Shown in pieces: positions 8,322-16,540 of a stretch of DNA of 53,084 nt. The DNA comes from an uncultured bacterium (GTDB lineage: Bacteria > Acidobacteriota > Polarisedimenticolia > CBDVAL01). How positions within the stretch are numbered: the stretch's first letter is position 1; every line of letters begins with the position of its first letter. The stretch spans positions 1 to 53,084 of the forward strand of contig CBDVAL010000001.1 of the NCBI GenBank assembly GCA_965371955.1, read 5' to 3'. Made by a program: the position numbers and the translations under genes. A model generated the notes under the pieces. The model had not been told where the DNA came from. It ran no database searches and worked only from the letters and a program-made list of their open reading frames with translations.

Positions 8322-9959
8322 ATGCTAGCACAAGCTCGTTTTTGTTTTCTCGCACTCACCCTACTCACGCTCGGAAACGCCTCCGATGCCTTGTGGGCCA
8401 TGGACCCGTTGCTCATGGCGCGGATCGAGCAACTGCGCGCCACGGGCCGGCTGGAGGTCGCCGGAGCCCCCATCGCCGCCATCCATCTGATCCCGGCATT
8501 CTACGAGGCCCGGGGCTTCACACGCGCCTGGCAGCGGGCCGAGCGCATCGCGGATCTCCTCGAGCTCCTGGCATCCGCGCCCGCCGAGGGGCTGGACCCT
8601 GAGGATTACCACTTCTCAACATTGAAGCGCCTGCAAGGTTCTGCAACCATTTCACCGGCGGATCACGACATCCTGCTCACGGACGCCCTCACGCGCTACG
8701 GCTACCACCACCTGTTCGGCAAGGTGAACCCCCAGCAGCTCGACGGCGACTGGAATCTCAGCCGCGACATGCAGGGCGTCGATCCCGCGGTGGCCATCCA
8801 GCACGCCGTCGACTCGCCCTCGCTGGCAGCGTTCGTGGAGAGCCAGGTGAACCGAGGCCGCTACCACGAGCGCATGAAGCAGATTCTCGCCCAGTACCGC
8901 GGTTATCAGAGGCGGGGCGGCTGGCCCCGCGTCACCGACGGTGACGCACTCAAGCTCGGGGACCAGGGCCCTCGCGTGCTGGAACTGCGCCGGCGGCTTG
9001 CCGTCACCGGCTTGCTCGATTCCGCCCTGCAGGACGATCCCCGCTTCGACGAGACCCTGGAGCAGTCTGTGCGAGCAATGCAGGACCAGCATGATCTGGA
9101 GGCTGACGGTGTGGTGGGCCCGCAGACACTGGCCGAGCTGAACGTGACCGTGGAGCAGCGCATTGACCAGATCCGGGTGAACCTCGAGCGCGGCCGCTGG
9201 GTCCTCGGCGGCATGACCGACGTCGACGAGTTCGTCCTGGTGAACATCGCCGGCTTCAAGGCCATGTTGATTCGTGACGGCCGCATCATCTGGACCACCC
9301 GGGCGCAGGTGGGCAAGATCTACCGCAAGTCTCCGGTATTCACCGCACCGATGAAGTACCTCGTGTTCAATCCCACCTGGACGGTGCCGCCCGGCATCCT
9401 GAGGAAGGACATTCTTCCCGAGGTCAAGAAAGACCCGGGCTATCTGGCAGAACACAAGCTCCGCGTCATCGACTCGGGTGGCCGGTTGATCGACCCGGCG
9501 ACCGTGGATTGGCAGGACTTCCGTCATCATATCCGCCAGGATCCCGGACCGCACAACGCACTGGGCCTGGTGAAGTTCATCTTCCCCAACCCTCACTTCG
9601 TGTTCCTGCACGACACGCCGCATCGTGAGTATTTTGATCGTGACGTGCGCACCTTCAGCTCTGGTTGCATCCGCATCGAGGACCCCATGGAGTTCGCACG
9701 CCTGCTGCTCGAGGATCAGGAGGGTTGGGATGCGCAGAAGATCACGGCCACGGTGGATGCCGGAGAGACGAAGACGGTGCTTCTCGGCGAACCCATCCCC
9801 GTCCTGGTGCTGTACTGGACGCTGGCGGTGGAGGAGGAGGGCAGGGTCCGTTTCCTCCCGGACGTCTACCATCGGGATCAGGCCGTCCTGGATGCGTTGA
9901 ATGCGGAGTTCCAGTTCAGTGCGCCCGCCGGCCTACCCGGCTGGGCGGAGGAGCATTGA
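8322..9959 (+). CDS. YcbB/LdtD-type L,D-transpeptidase with peptidoglycan-binding domain
   Basis: PG-binding repeat (GDQGPRVLELRRRLAVTGLL...DGVVGPQTLAELN). YkuD catalytic motif FLHDTPHREYFDRDVRTFSSGCIRIEDP. ATG 8322 is preceded by GGGAGGG and yields a signal peptide (MLAQARFCFLALTLLTLGNASDA). Confidence 0.87.
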   Translation: MLAQARFCFLALTLLTLGNASDALWAMDPLLMARIEQLRATGRLEVAGAPIAAIHLIPAFYEARGFTRAWQRAERIADLLELLASAPAEGLDPEDYHFSTLKRLQGSATISPADHDILLTDALTRYGYHHLFGKVNPQQLDGDWNLSRDMQGVDPAVAIQHAVDSPSLAAFVESQVNRGRYHERMKQILAQYRGYQRRGGWPRVTDGDALKLGDQGPRVLELRRRLAVTGLLDSALQDDPRFDETLEQSVRAMQDQHDLEADGVVGPQTLAELNVTVEQRIDQIRVNLERGRWVLGGMTDVDEFVLVNIAGFKAMLIRDGRIIWTTRAQVGKIYRKSPVFTAPMKYLVFNPTWTVPPGILRKDILPEVKKDPGYLAEHKLRVIDSGGRLIDPATVDWQDFRHHIRQDPGPHNALGLVKFIFPNPHFVFLHDTPHREYFDRDVRTFSSGCIRIEDPMEFARLLLEDQEGWDAQKITATVDAGETKTVLLGEPIPVLVLYWTLAVEEEGRVRFLPDVYHRDQAVLDALNAEFQFSAPAGLPGWAEEH

Positions 9960-10024
9960 GGCCCCAGGGGCGGCTGGAAGCTGACGCCGTCATGCTGCCG
10001 CCAGCGTCCTGATAGACTGCAGGC

Positions 10025-10732
10025 GTGACCTTTCCCTCCCAGCAGCATCCCCGTAAGGCCTGGCTCGTGGTCGCGGCCCTGGTCCTGGCGTGCGGCTACC
10101 TGGCCTGGACGATGGTGTCCACTCTGGCCTCGCTGCCGTCCGAATCGGAGACCGGTGGGGAGCCCGAGGATTTTGATCGTCTCCGCATCACCGACTTCCA
10201 ACACACGGTGTACGCAGGAGAACGGCCGGCGCTATCCCTGCACGCGGACGTGATCATCCACCGGAGGAGATCGCTGGGCCCGGTGGCAATCAACCCCATC
10301 AAGGAGCTCGTCTTCAGGGGTGTGAACATCGAGATGACGGCGCCGGAGATGGACCCGAGGGCCTCCGCCTCAGCCGGCGCCTACCTTGCCGTTCTGATCC
10401 AGCAGATGCTGTCGCAGGCGGACCTCGGGATCGTATCGCGAGTGCTCATGGAGGACCTGGAGCTCACCCTGCTGAACGACCGGGCGACGGTCTTCTCCCT
10501 GTCCACAAGGAAGGCTGAGATTGCCATGGCAGAACCGGTTGTAGAACTGAGCCAGGGCTTCCGGCTCATCTCGGCGAACGGCGACAGGCTGCGGGCGCAT
10601 CGTGCCCGCTGGGAGGTCCAGCGGCAGATCTTTGACGTCGACGGGCCCTACCTGCTCACCACCGCAGCGGGCCCGGCCTATGGCTCGGGCAGGATCTTCC
10701 GGGTCGACCCGTCGGGCGCCATCGTGCGCTAG
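10025..10732 (+). CDS. Hypothetical membrane-anchored protein (single N-terminal TM helix)
   Basis: GTG start. AWLVVAALVLACGYLAWTMV is a TM helix followed by a soluble beta-rich region. Any resemblance to LptC-like folds is only an impression. Confidence 0.45.
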   Translation: MTFPSQQHPRKAWLVVAALVLACGYLAWTMVSTLASLPSESETGGEPEDFDRLRITDFQHTVYAGERPALSLHADVIIHRRRSLGPVAINPIKELVFRGVNIEMTAPEMDPRASASAGAYLAVLIQQMLSQADLGIVSRVLMEDLELTLLNDRATVFSLSTRKAEIAMAEPVVELSQGFRLISANGDRLRAHRARWEVQRQIFDVDGPYLLTTAAGPAYGSGRIFRVDPSGAIVR

Positions 10733-10844
10733 TGTCCGCCCGCTCAATCTCACCTAAACGCGTGAAACCCCTGCACTTGCAAGACGCCGCCGCAGAACCG
10801 TCCGAGGAGGCTCCCTTCCCAGCCCGTCGGCGAAATCCTGGATC

Positions 10845-10873
10845 TGGACACCCAGCACGGGATCTCGTATGTT
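10845..10873 (+). promoter_or_regulatory. Candidate sigma70-type promoter for the FG-GAP mega-protein gene
   Basis: TGGACA (10845-10850), 17-nt spacer, TATGTT (10868-10873). A GGGGGA Shine-Dalgarno lies 5 nt before ATG 10913. Confidence 0.35.
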
Positions 10874-10912
10874 AGTAGCGCTCCGCAACAATCAGAGTCC
10901 AGGGGGATCACC

Positions 10913-13900
10913 ATGATCTTGTTTTCCAGAGGCATTCGCCGGTCTCTCATGCTGGCCGCCATCCTGTGCACCTGCACCTCAGCGATCTTCGCCGCATCCG
11001 AGTCAGTCCAGGGAATCGGCACGGCCCGCGTGGTCGCCCAACCGTCCAGTCTTGTCGTCTCGACGCTCACGGATGTCCTGCCCGCGGAGCAGACCCTGGT
11101 GATCCGGAACGAAGGCTTCGGGTCTTGTGTCGGTGGCGCCCGCGACGGCTCGGGATGCGAGGCAACGCCGGACGATCGCTGCATCACCGAAGGAGGCGTC
11201 TGCGACGTGGACACGGGGTTCTGGACCCTGACGTCGGATGCGCCCTGGCTGGAGCTGGCGCCGTCATCAGGCGAGGTTGCATCCGGCCAGGAAGTGCTCG
11301 TGTCCGTTCGTGTGACGGCAACGTTCGCCGCTCCAGGGCGCAGCCTGGCAAACATCACCCTCACGGATGCGGGCTTCGAGGTGGATCAGATCCCCCTCCA
11401 CCTGATTGTCCTGGAGAACGACTGCCGCGGCATATTCTTCAACAGGAACATCATCGAGGCGGATAACTGCTTCCAGGAGAGAATCAAATCGGACGCCGGC
11501 GACGAGGAGGCGCACGTGTTCCGCGCCATGACGCGCATCCTGCGGGCGTGCGAGGAGCAGGTGGACGGGCCTGACGAGAGTTCCTTCACGGACAGCTGCA
11601 AGGAGATGATGGACCGCGCCGGCTTCCCACCGGAAGGCCGGAGCCTGTTGGACTTCACCGCCCAGCTGCCGGAGCCGCCCCTCACGGACTCCCCCACCAG
11701 TGGGGATCTGCAAGCGTTCTTCCTCGACGTGCTGCTGCCGCAGCTCGCGGGTGCGGTGGAGGAGAACTTCTCCAGCGTGAGCCCGTCGTACGAGACAACC
11801 TGGACCGCCGACGAGCAAACGGCCCTGGCGGCGCAGTTGACGGACGAGTTCGTGCAGATCGACTTCGGGGATGTGAGGCTGATCCAGTCGTTCCTTTTCC
11901 TCATCAAGGGGCAACTGGAGAGCTTCCTGCTGGCGCTGGACTTGAACGTGGACCTCGATGAGCTGGACCTGTTGGCGGCCGGGGAGGATGGTATTCCCGA
12001 CAGCGGGGATGAAGTAATCGGCTTTCCCCGCATCCAGGAGGACATTCTCGATGTCTACCTGGAGCTGTTGGAACTGACCCGGATGCTGGGCAGCCAGGGG
12101 AAGAACGGTGCCGCACTGGCGCAGGACGGCAGGGTCTCCATCCGGCAGTCCATCGCCTCCTATTACGAGGGATCGAGCTTCATCCGTAACGAAACCGACG
12201 ATCAGGCCGACGACCTGCTGACCATTGGCCTGCTCGAGTTGGAGGCAGATCGTGAGCTGCGCGCCGGCCTGGCGGAGCTGCTGTGCTCCATGGACGGGCT
12301 GGGCGCCCCCGAAGGCGTCGAGGACCCCGCGCCGGAGGACTGCGTCGCCCCGCCTGCCAGCATCGGCGGGCAGGAGATCGACCTGAGTCCCTACTTCGAT
12401 GGCGACACCGCCTTGCGTGGACTGCTTCCGCAGCCGTTCCTGTTCGACGACGAATGCGAGCAAGAATACGTGGACTCGCTGTCCTTTCTCGAGCCCGACT
12501 TCCCGTTCCCGGATCCGTCGCTGAACAGGATCCTGCCGGACCGGACCCAGGAGGAGTTGCTCCGGCGTCTGGAGCTGTTCCCCGCGGTGGACGTGCACAC
12601 GCCGCAGCTGTTCAGCGCCCCCGTGGGCTTTCCGGCCCAGGCGCATGGGGAGATCGGCAAGGGGAGCGTGAGCGGGCTTGCCCCGCCGACCGAACTCCTG
12701 AACTTCCGCCTGGAGACAGGTGTTGCGTTCAGCCTCAACAACTTCGGTGAGACGCCACCCTTCAAGCTCTGTCTCCGGCCGCCCGGCTGTTCGGATGACG
12801 CATGCGAGGATCTCGTCTGCGCGCTGGACGCGTTCTGCTGCGCCGGGGAGTGGGACCTCATCTGTGCCCAAGGAGCCATGGCAATCCCGAGTTGCCTGTC
12901 CGCCTGCGGCGAGGGCAGCGATTGCTGTGAGCCGCATCCCAGCGGCAGCGACCACGCTGAGTTCCAGCTCATCTTCACGCCTGCCGACACCGGCCTGTTC
13001 CAGGACAACCTGATTGTCGAGAGCAACTCGCCGGACTCGCCGGTGCTTGTGCCGCTCGCCGGCTGTGGCGGGTTGCCTGAGGATTGTGATGACAACGAGG
13101 CCGGGCCGGGAAACAACAACCGGGAGAATGCCACCGCCGTCTCCTGCCCGTCGTTCGCGGCCACGGCCACGCTGCACGAGGGAGATGTCGACTTCTACCG
13201 GATCTTGGACGAGCCTGGCCTGGTGGTCAGCGTCGACGTGGATGCCGACGATCTGGGCTCGAGCCTGGATTCCATGCTGGGTGCCTTCAACTCGGACGGG
13301 CTCCTCCTCGCCAGTGCCGACGACGTCCCGGCGCCCGGCGAGATTGGTTTTGGCTTTGACCCGTATCTGGAGATCATGATCCCGGCGGACGGGGAGCTCT
13401 TCATCGCGATGGCACGCTTCGGCGACAACAATTTTGATGGAACCAGCGGCTTCAGCACCGGGCTCTATATCCTGTCGGGAGACTGCAAGGCAGAACCCTT
13501 CTGCGGCGACACGCTCCTGGATCCGGGTGAGGAGTGTGATGATGGTAACAACCTGGATGGCGACGGTTGCTCCAGCCTCTGCCGGCTCGAGCCCGTCCTC
13601 ATCACGGAGATTGCGACCGAGTCGGGTGGATTCGCCGAGGAACCGGCTCCCAACTTCGAGGGCGGGACTTCCGTCTCCGCCGCGGGTAACCTGAACAACG
13701 ATGACTTCGACGACTACCTGGTGGGTGCCCCCGGTTTCTTCATCAATCAGAACGAGCCGGCCGTGGGAGGGGTGGGCGTCTACTTCGGCAGCATGGACGG
13801 ACAGGACAGTCCACCGGCCATCGTGTTCGTCGGCGAGTCGATGCACGACCGTGCCGGCGTATCCGTGGCCGGCAACTTCGACTTCAACCGCGACGGCATA

Positions 13901-15655
13901 CCCGACATCCTCATCGGAGCGGAGCAGACCGACCGCAGCGGGGTACCGGGCGTGCCCGCAGGCAATGGCAAGGCCTACCTGATCTTCTTCAACCCGAGCG
14001 ACTATGACCTGTCGTCGACGCCGCTCTTCGTCAGTCTCGCGGACGTGGGAGTCCAGGGTGGAATCCCCGGCGTCGTGTTCCAGGGGACAGGACTCGGTGA
14101 CCGCGTCGGCTTCGACGTGGACGGCGGCGGCAGGGTCAACGCCGGTGCCGGGGACGACATCATCATCGGCGCCCCGGGACGCGACGTCGGCGGGCTCATC
14201 GATGCCGGGACCGCCTACATCGTCTTTGACGATCCATCCCTGACCGGCACGGTGAGTCTGGACCGCGTGGGCATCGCACATGCCGACCCGGTGGATGGAT
14301 TCCTGGTGGTGGGCGACGAGGCCAACGAGCAACTGGGCTACGCCGTGAGCTTCCCCGGCGATGTGGTGGGCACCGCCGGAGACGACGTCGCCATGGGCGC
14401 GCCCGGCGTGGGCAGCCCCATCGAGGCAAGGCGCGATACCGGCGCCGTGTTCGTCCTGCAGGCCGGCTCCCTGGTGAGCCGCGATCCCATCGAGGGCTGC
14501 TCCATCGGCGACGACGACGAAATCGAGGCCGTGCTGGTTCCGGGCGCCCAGATCGTCGGCACACAGGATGGCGAGGCCTTCGGCGCCTCCGTAGACGGCG
14601 GCGGCGACAACCTGGTCAACGGCGAGGCGGACCTGCTGATGGGAGCGCCGGGCTACGACAGTGATGCCGGTGTCGCTTCGGCCCTGGAGGGCGGGTTCCT
14701 CCTGGTGGATGCCGGCCGCGTGGCGCAGACCGCGTCGACGCTGGCGGTGGGCATCTTCACCGCAGCCGACATCGGCGTTCAGGGCGGCCTGGAGGGGATC
14801 ATCTACACGGGTGCGTCGGGCGGGGATCGTCTGGGCACGGCGGTGGCCGGGCTGGGTGACATCACCGGCGACGGGCTGGCCGACATCGCCTTCGGCGCGC
14901 CGGGGGCAGCCGCCTCCGCGGGAATCGTCTACGTGGCTGCAGGCGTGGCGCTGCCGGACTTCCACCTGGGTGTCACCGATCTGGGCGACGGGTTCGCCGG
15001 CCTCCAGATCATCGGCGAGGAGCCCGGCGATATGCTGGGAACTTCCATTGCCGGTATCGGCGATGTGAACAACGACGGCGGCAACGACCTCATCATCGGA
15101 TCTCCCGGACATGACCAGGAGGATTCCTCCGGCGTAAGTCAGGAGGATGCAGGCACGACCCACGTGGTGAACGCCTGCGGACTCGACAACTTCGACGGCG
15201 ACGGCATCCCGGACTTCTGCGACAACTGTCCGTTCGTGGCCAACCAGAACCAGGCCGACTGTGACATGGACGGCATCGGCGACGTGTGCGACCCCAGCGT
15301 GGAGGCGTGCGTGGAGGCACAGGTGAACCTGGATCCGGACACGCTGAACGTCCTCTCCAAGGGGCTATTCGTCACGGCAGAGATCCTTCTCCCGGAGGGC
15401 CTGGCAGTGGACCGGTCGACGGCTGCCATCATCGCCATCGACGATATCGCCATCGACCCCATCCAGGCCACGGGGCCCTCGGATGAGGTCAAGTTCTCGC
15501 GGCAGGCATTGCTCGGGACCATCGGGGAGATGGGGCTGGCGATCTTGCCCGCGTCGCAGGGGGGTACCACCGTCAGGCTCACCGTCGCGGTGTCCTCCAT
15601 GGACGGCCGTGCTTTCACCGGGGAGGATTCGGTGGTGGTCATCGGCAGCAACTAG
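10913..15655 (+). CDS. Large secreted multidomain protein: Ig-like/ASH-type domains, Cys-rich insert, PPC-like domain, Cys-rich (DUF4215/Myxococcus-type) repeat, multiple FG-GAP (integrin-alpha) repeats, thrombospondin type-3 repeat, C-terminal Ig-like domain
   Basis: Signal peptide (MLAAILCTCTSAIFAASES). CGDTLLDPGEECDDGNNLDGDGCSSLCRLEP. More than 10 FG-GAP-like units (e.g. GDRLGTAVAGLGDITGDGLADIAFGAPG, GTSIAGIGDVNNDGGNDLIIGSPG). TSP3-like DNFDGDGIPDFCDNCPFVANQNQADCDMDGIGDVCD. Confidence 0.85.
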   Translation: MILFSRGIRRSLMLAAILCTCTSAIFAASESVQGIGTARVVAQPSSLVVSTLTDVLPAEQTLVIRNEGFGSCVGGARDGSGCEATPDDRCITEGGVCDVDTGFWTLTSDAPWLELAPSSGEVASGQEVLVSVRVTATFAAPGRSLANITLTDAGFEVDQIPLHLIVLENDCRGIFFNRNIIEADNCFQERIKSDAGDEEAHVFRAMTRILRACEEQVDGPDESSFTDSCKEMMDRAGFPPEGRSLLDFTAQLPEPPLTDSPTSGDLQAFFLDVLLPQLAGAVEENFSSVSPSYETTWTADEQTALAAQLTDEFVQIDFGDVRLIQSFLFLIKGQLESFLLALDLNVDLDELDLLAAGEDGIPDSGDEVIGFPRIQEDILDVYLELLELTRMLGSQGKNGAALAQDGRVSIRQSIASYYEGSSFIRNETDDQADDLLTIGLLELEADRELRAGLAELLCSMDGLGAPEGVEDPAPEDCVAPPASIGGQEIDLSPYFDGDTALRGLLPQPFLFDDECEQEYVDSLSFLEPDFPFPDPSLNRILPDRTQEELLRRLELFPAVDVHTPQLFSAPVGFPAQAHGEIGKGSVSGLAPPTELLNFRLETGVAFSLNNFGETPPFKLCLRPPGCSDDACEDLVCALDAFCCAGEWDLICAQGAMAIPSCLSACGEGSDCCEPHPSGSDHAEFQLIFTPADTGLFQDNLIVESNSPDSPVLVPLAGCGGLPEDCDDNEAGPGNNNRENATAVSCPSFAATATLHEGDVDFYRILDEPGLVVSVDVDADDLGSSLDSMLGAFNSDGLLLASADDVPAPGEIGFGFDPYLEIMIPADGELFIAMARFGDNNFDGTSGFSTGLYILSGDCKAEPFCGDTLLDPGEECDDGNNLDGDGCSSLCRLEPVLITEIATESGGFAEEPAPNFEGGTSVSAAGNLNNDDFDDYLVGAPGFFINQNEPAVGGVGVYFGSMDGQDSPPAIVFVGESMHDRAGVSVAGNFDFNRDGIPDILIGAEQTDRSGVPGVPAGNGKAYLIFFNPSDYDLSSTPLFVSLADVGVQGGIPGVVFQGTGLGDRVGFDVDGGGRVNAGAGDDIIIGAPGRDVGGLIDAGTAYIVFDDPSLTGTVSLDRVGIAHADPVDGFLVVGDEANEQLGYAVSFPGDVVGTAGDDVAMGAPGVGSPIEARRDTGAVFVLQAGSLVSRDPIEGCSIGDDDEIEAVLVPGAQIVGTQDGEAFGASVDGGGDNLVNGEADLLMGAPGYDSDAGVASALEGGFLLVDAGRVAQTASTLAVGIFTAADIGVQGGLEGIIYTGASGGDRLGTAVAGLGDITGDGLADIAFGAPGAAASAGIVYVAAGVALPDFHLGVTDLGDGFAGLQIIGEEPGDMLGTSIAGIGDVNNDGGNDLIIGSPGHDQEDSSGVSQEDAGTTHVVNACGLDNFDGDGIPDFCDNCPFVANQNQADCDMDGIGDVCDPSVEACVEAQVNLDPDTLNVLSKGLFVTAEILLPEGLAVDRSTAAIIAIDDIAIDPIQATGPSDEVKFSRQALLGTIGEMGLAILPASQGGTTVRLTVAVSSMDGRAFTGEDSVVVIGSN

Positions 15656-15659
15656 CGGA

Positions 15660-16493
15660 CTAGCGCGTTTTCCCCTTTGTCAGCCAGCCCGCGTAGAGTT
15701 CCGGCCGTCGATCGGCGAGGAAGAGCCTGCGCGCATGGGATTCGCGTGACAGCCGGAGATCCAGGTCACAACCGAGAATCTCGTCCGTGCCCTTGCCGGC
15801 CCGGGCGATGACGTTGCCGTCGGGGGCGCAGACGAACGACTCGCCGGCGAACTCCAGCCGGGATTCTACCCCCACACGGTTGCAGAGCGCCGTGAAGTAG
15901 CCGTTCTGGAACGAGGCAACACGCATCTCCGCCTCGAACAGGCCATCCGGCCACTCGTCGACGCCGCCGGCCTGGGGCACGACCACCACCTCCGCTCCGG
16001 CCAGGGCGAGGGCGCGCATGTACTCCGGATAGTGGCGATCGTAACAGATGGCGACGCCCACCTTGCCGAATGCGGTCTCGTAGACCGGTGCGCCCCGATC
16101 ACCCGCTGCGTAGTAGCCACGCTCGTGGAAACAGGCGTAGTCGGGTACATGCACCATGCGCGTCTTGCCGAGAATGGTGCCGTCCGAGTCGATGACGGGG
16201 GAGGAGTCGTAGGTCCGCCGGCCATCCCGCTCGAACAGGTTCAGGACCACGGCCACACCGAGGCGACGCGCCAGCGAACATACCGCCTCCGTGGTCGGGC
16301 CGGGGATGGTCTCGGCAAGCGAGGACACGTCTCCCTCAGCCGGCGATTGCGGGTAGAAGGGCTCGAACCCCAGCTCGGCGAAGCAGATGAGTTGCGCGCC
16401 CTGGCGTGCCGCGGCCTCCAGAGCGTCGAGGCCCCTGGCCCGGTTATCTGCAGGGTCTTCCGACGCGTGCTGCTGGATCAGCGCGATTCTCAA
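15660..16493 (-). CDS. Carbon-nitrogen hydrolase (nitrilase superfamily) protein
   Basis: The E-K-C triad context is conserved: LICFAELGF (Glu), GKTRMVH (Lys), VGVAICYD (Cys). Length 277 aa. Confidence 0.85.
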   Translation of the reverse strand: MRIALIQQHASEDPADNRARGLDALEAAARQGAQLICFAELGFEPFYPQSPAEGDVSSLAETIPGPTTEAVCSLARRLGVAVVLNLFERDGRRTYDSSPVIDSDGTILGKTRMVHVPDYACFHERGYYAAGDRGAPVYETAFGKVGVAICYDRHYPEYMRALALAGAEVVVVPQAGGVDEWPDGLFEAEMRVASFQNGYFTALCNRVGVESRLEFAGESFVCAPDGNVIARAGKGTDEILGCDLDLRLSRESHARRLFLADRRPELYAGWLTKGKTR

Positions 16494-16540
16494 TGGATCA
16501 ATCTCCTGCGCGATGTCGTCGCGGACGGTGCCGCACCCGG

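Noticed and set aside
11267-15163. Very long antisense ORFs opposite real genes: 1298 aa at 11267-15163; 877 aa at 25678-28311; 867 aa at 47532-50135; 479 aa at 2619-4058.
   Set aside because: Their translations are Arg/Gly/Ala/His/Asp/Gln-rich with no motifs, and each lies fully inside a strongly supported sense gene. Stop-poor antisense frames are expected at this GC content.
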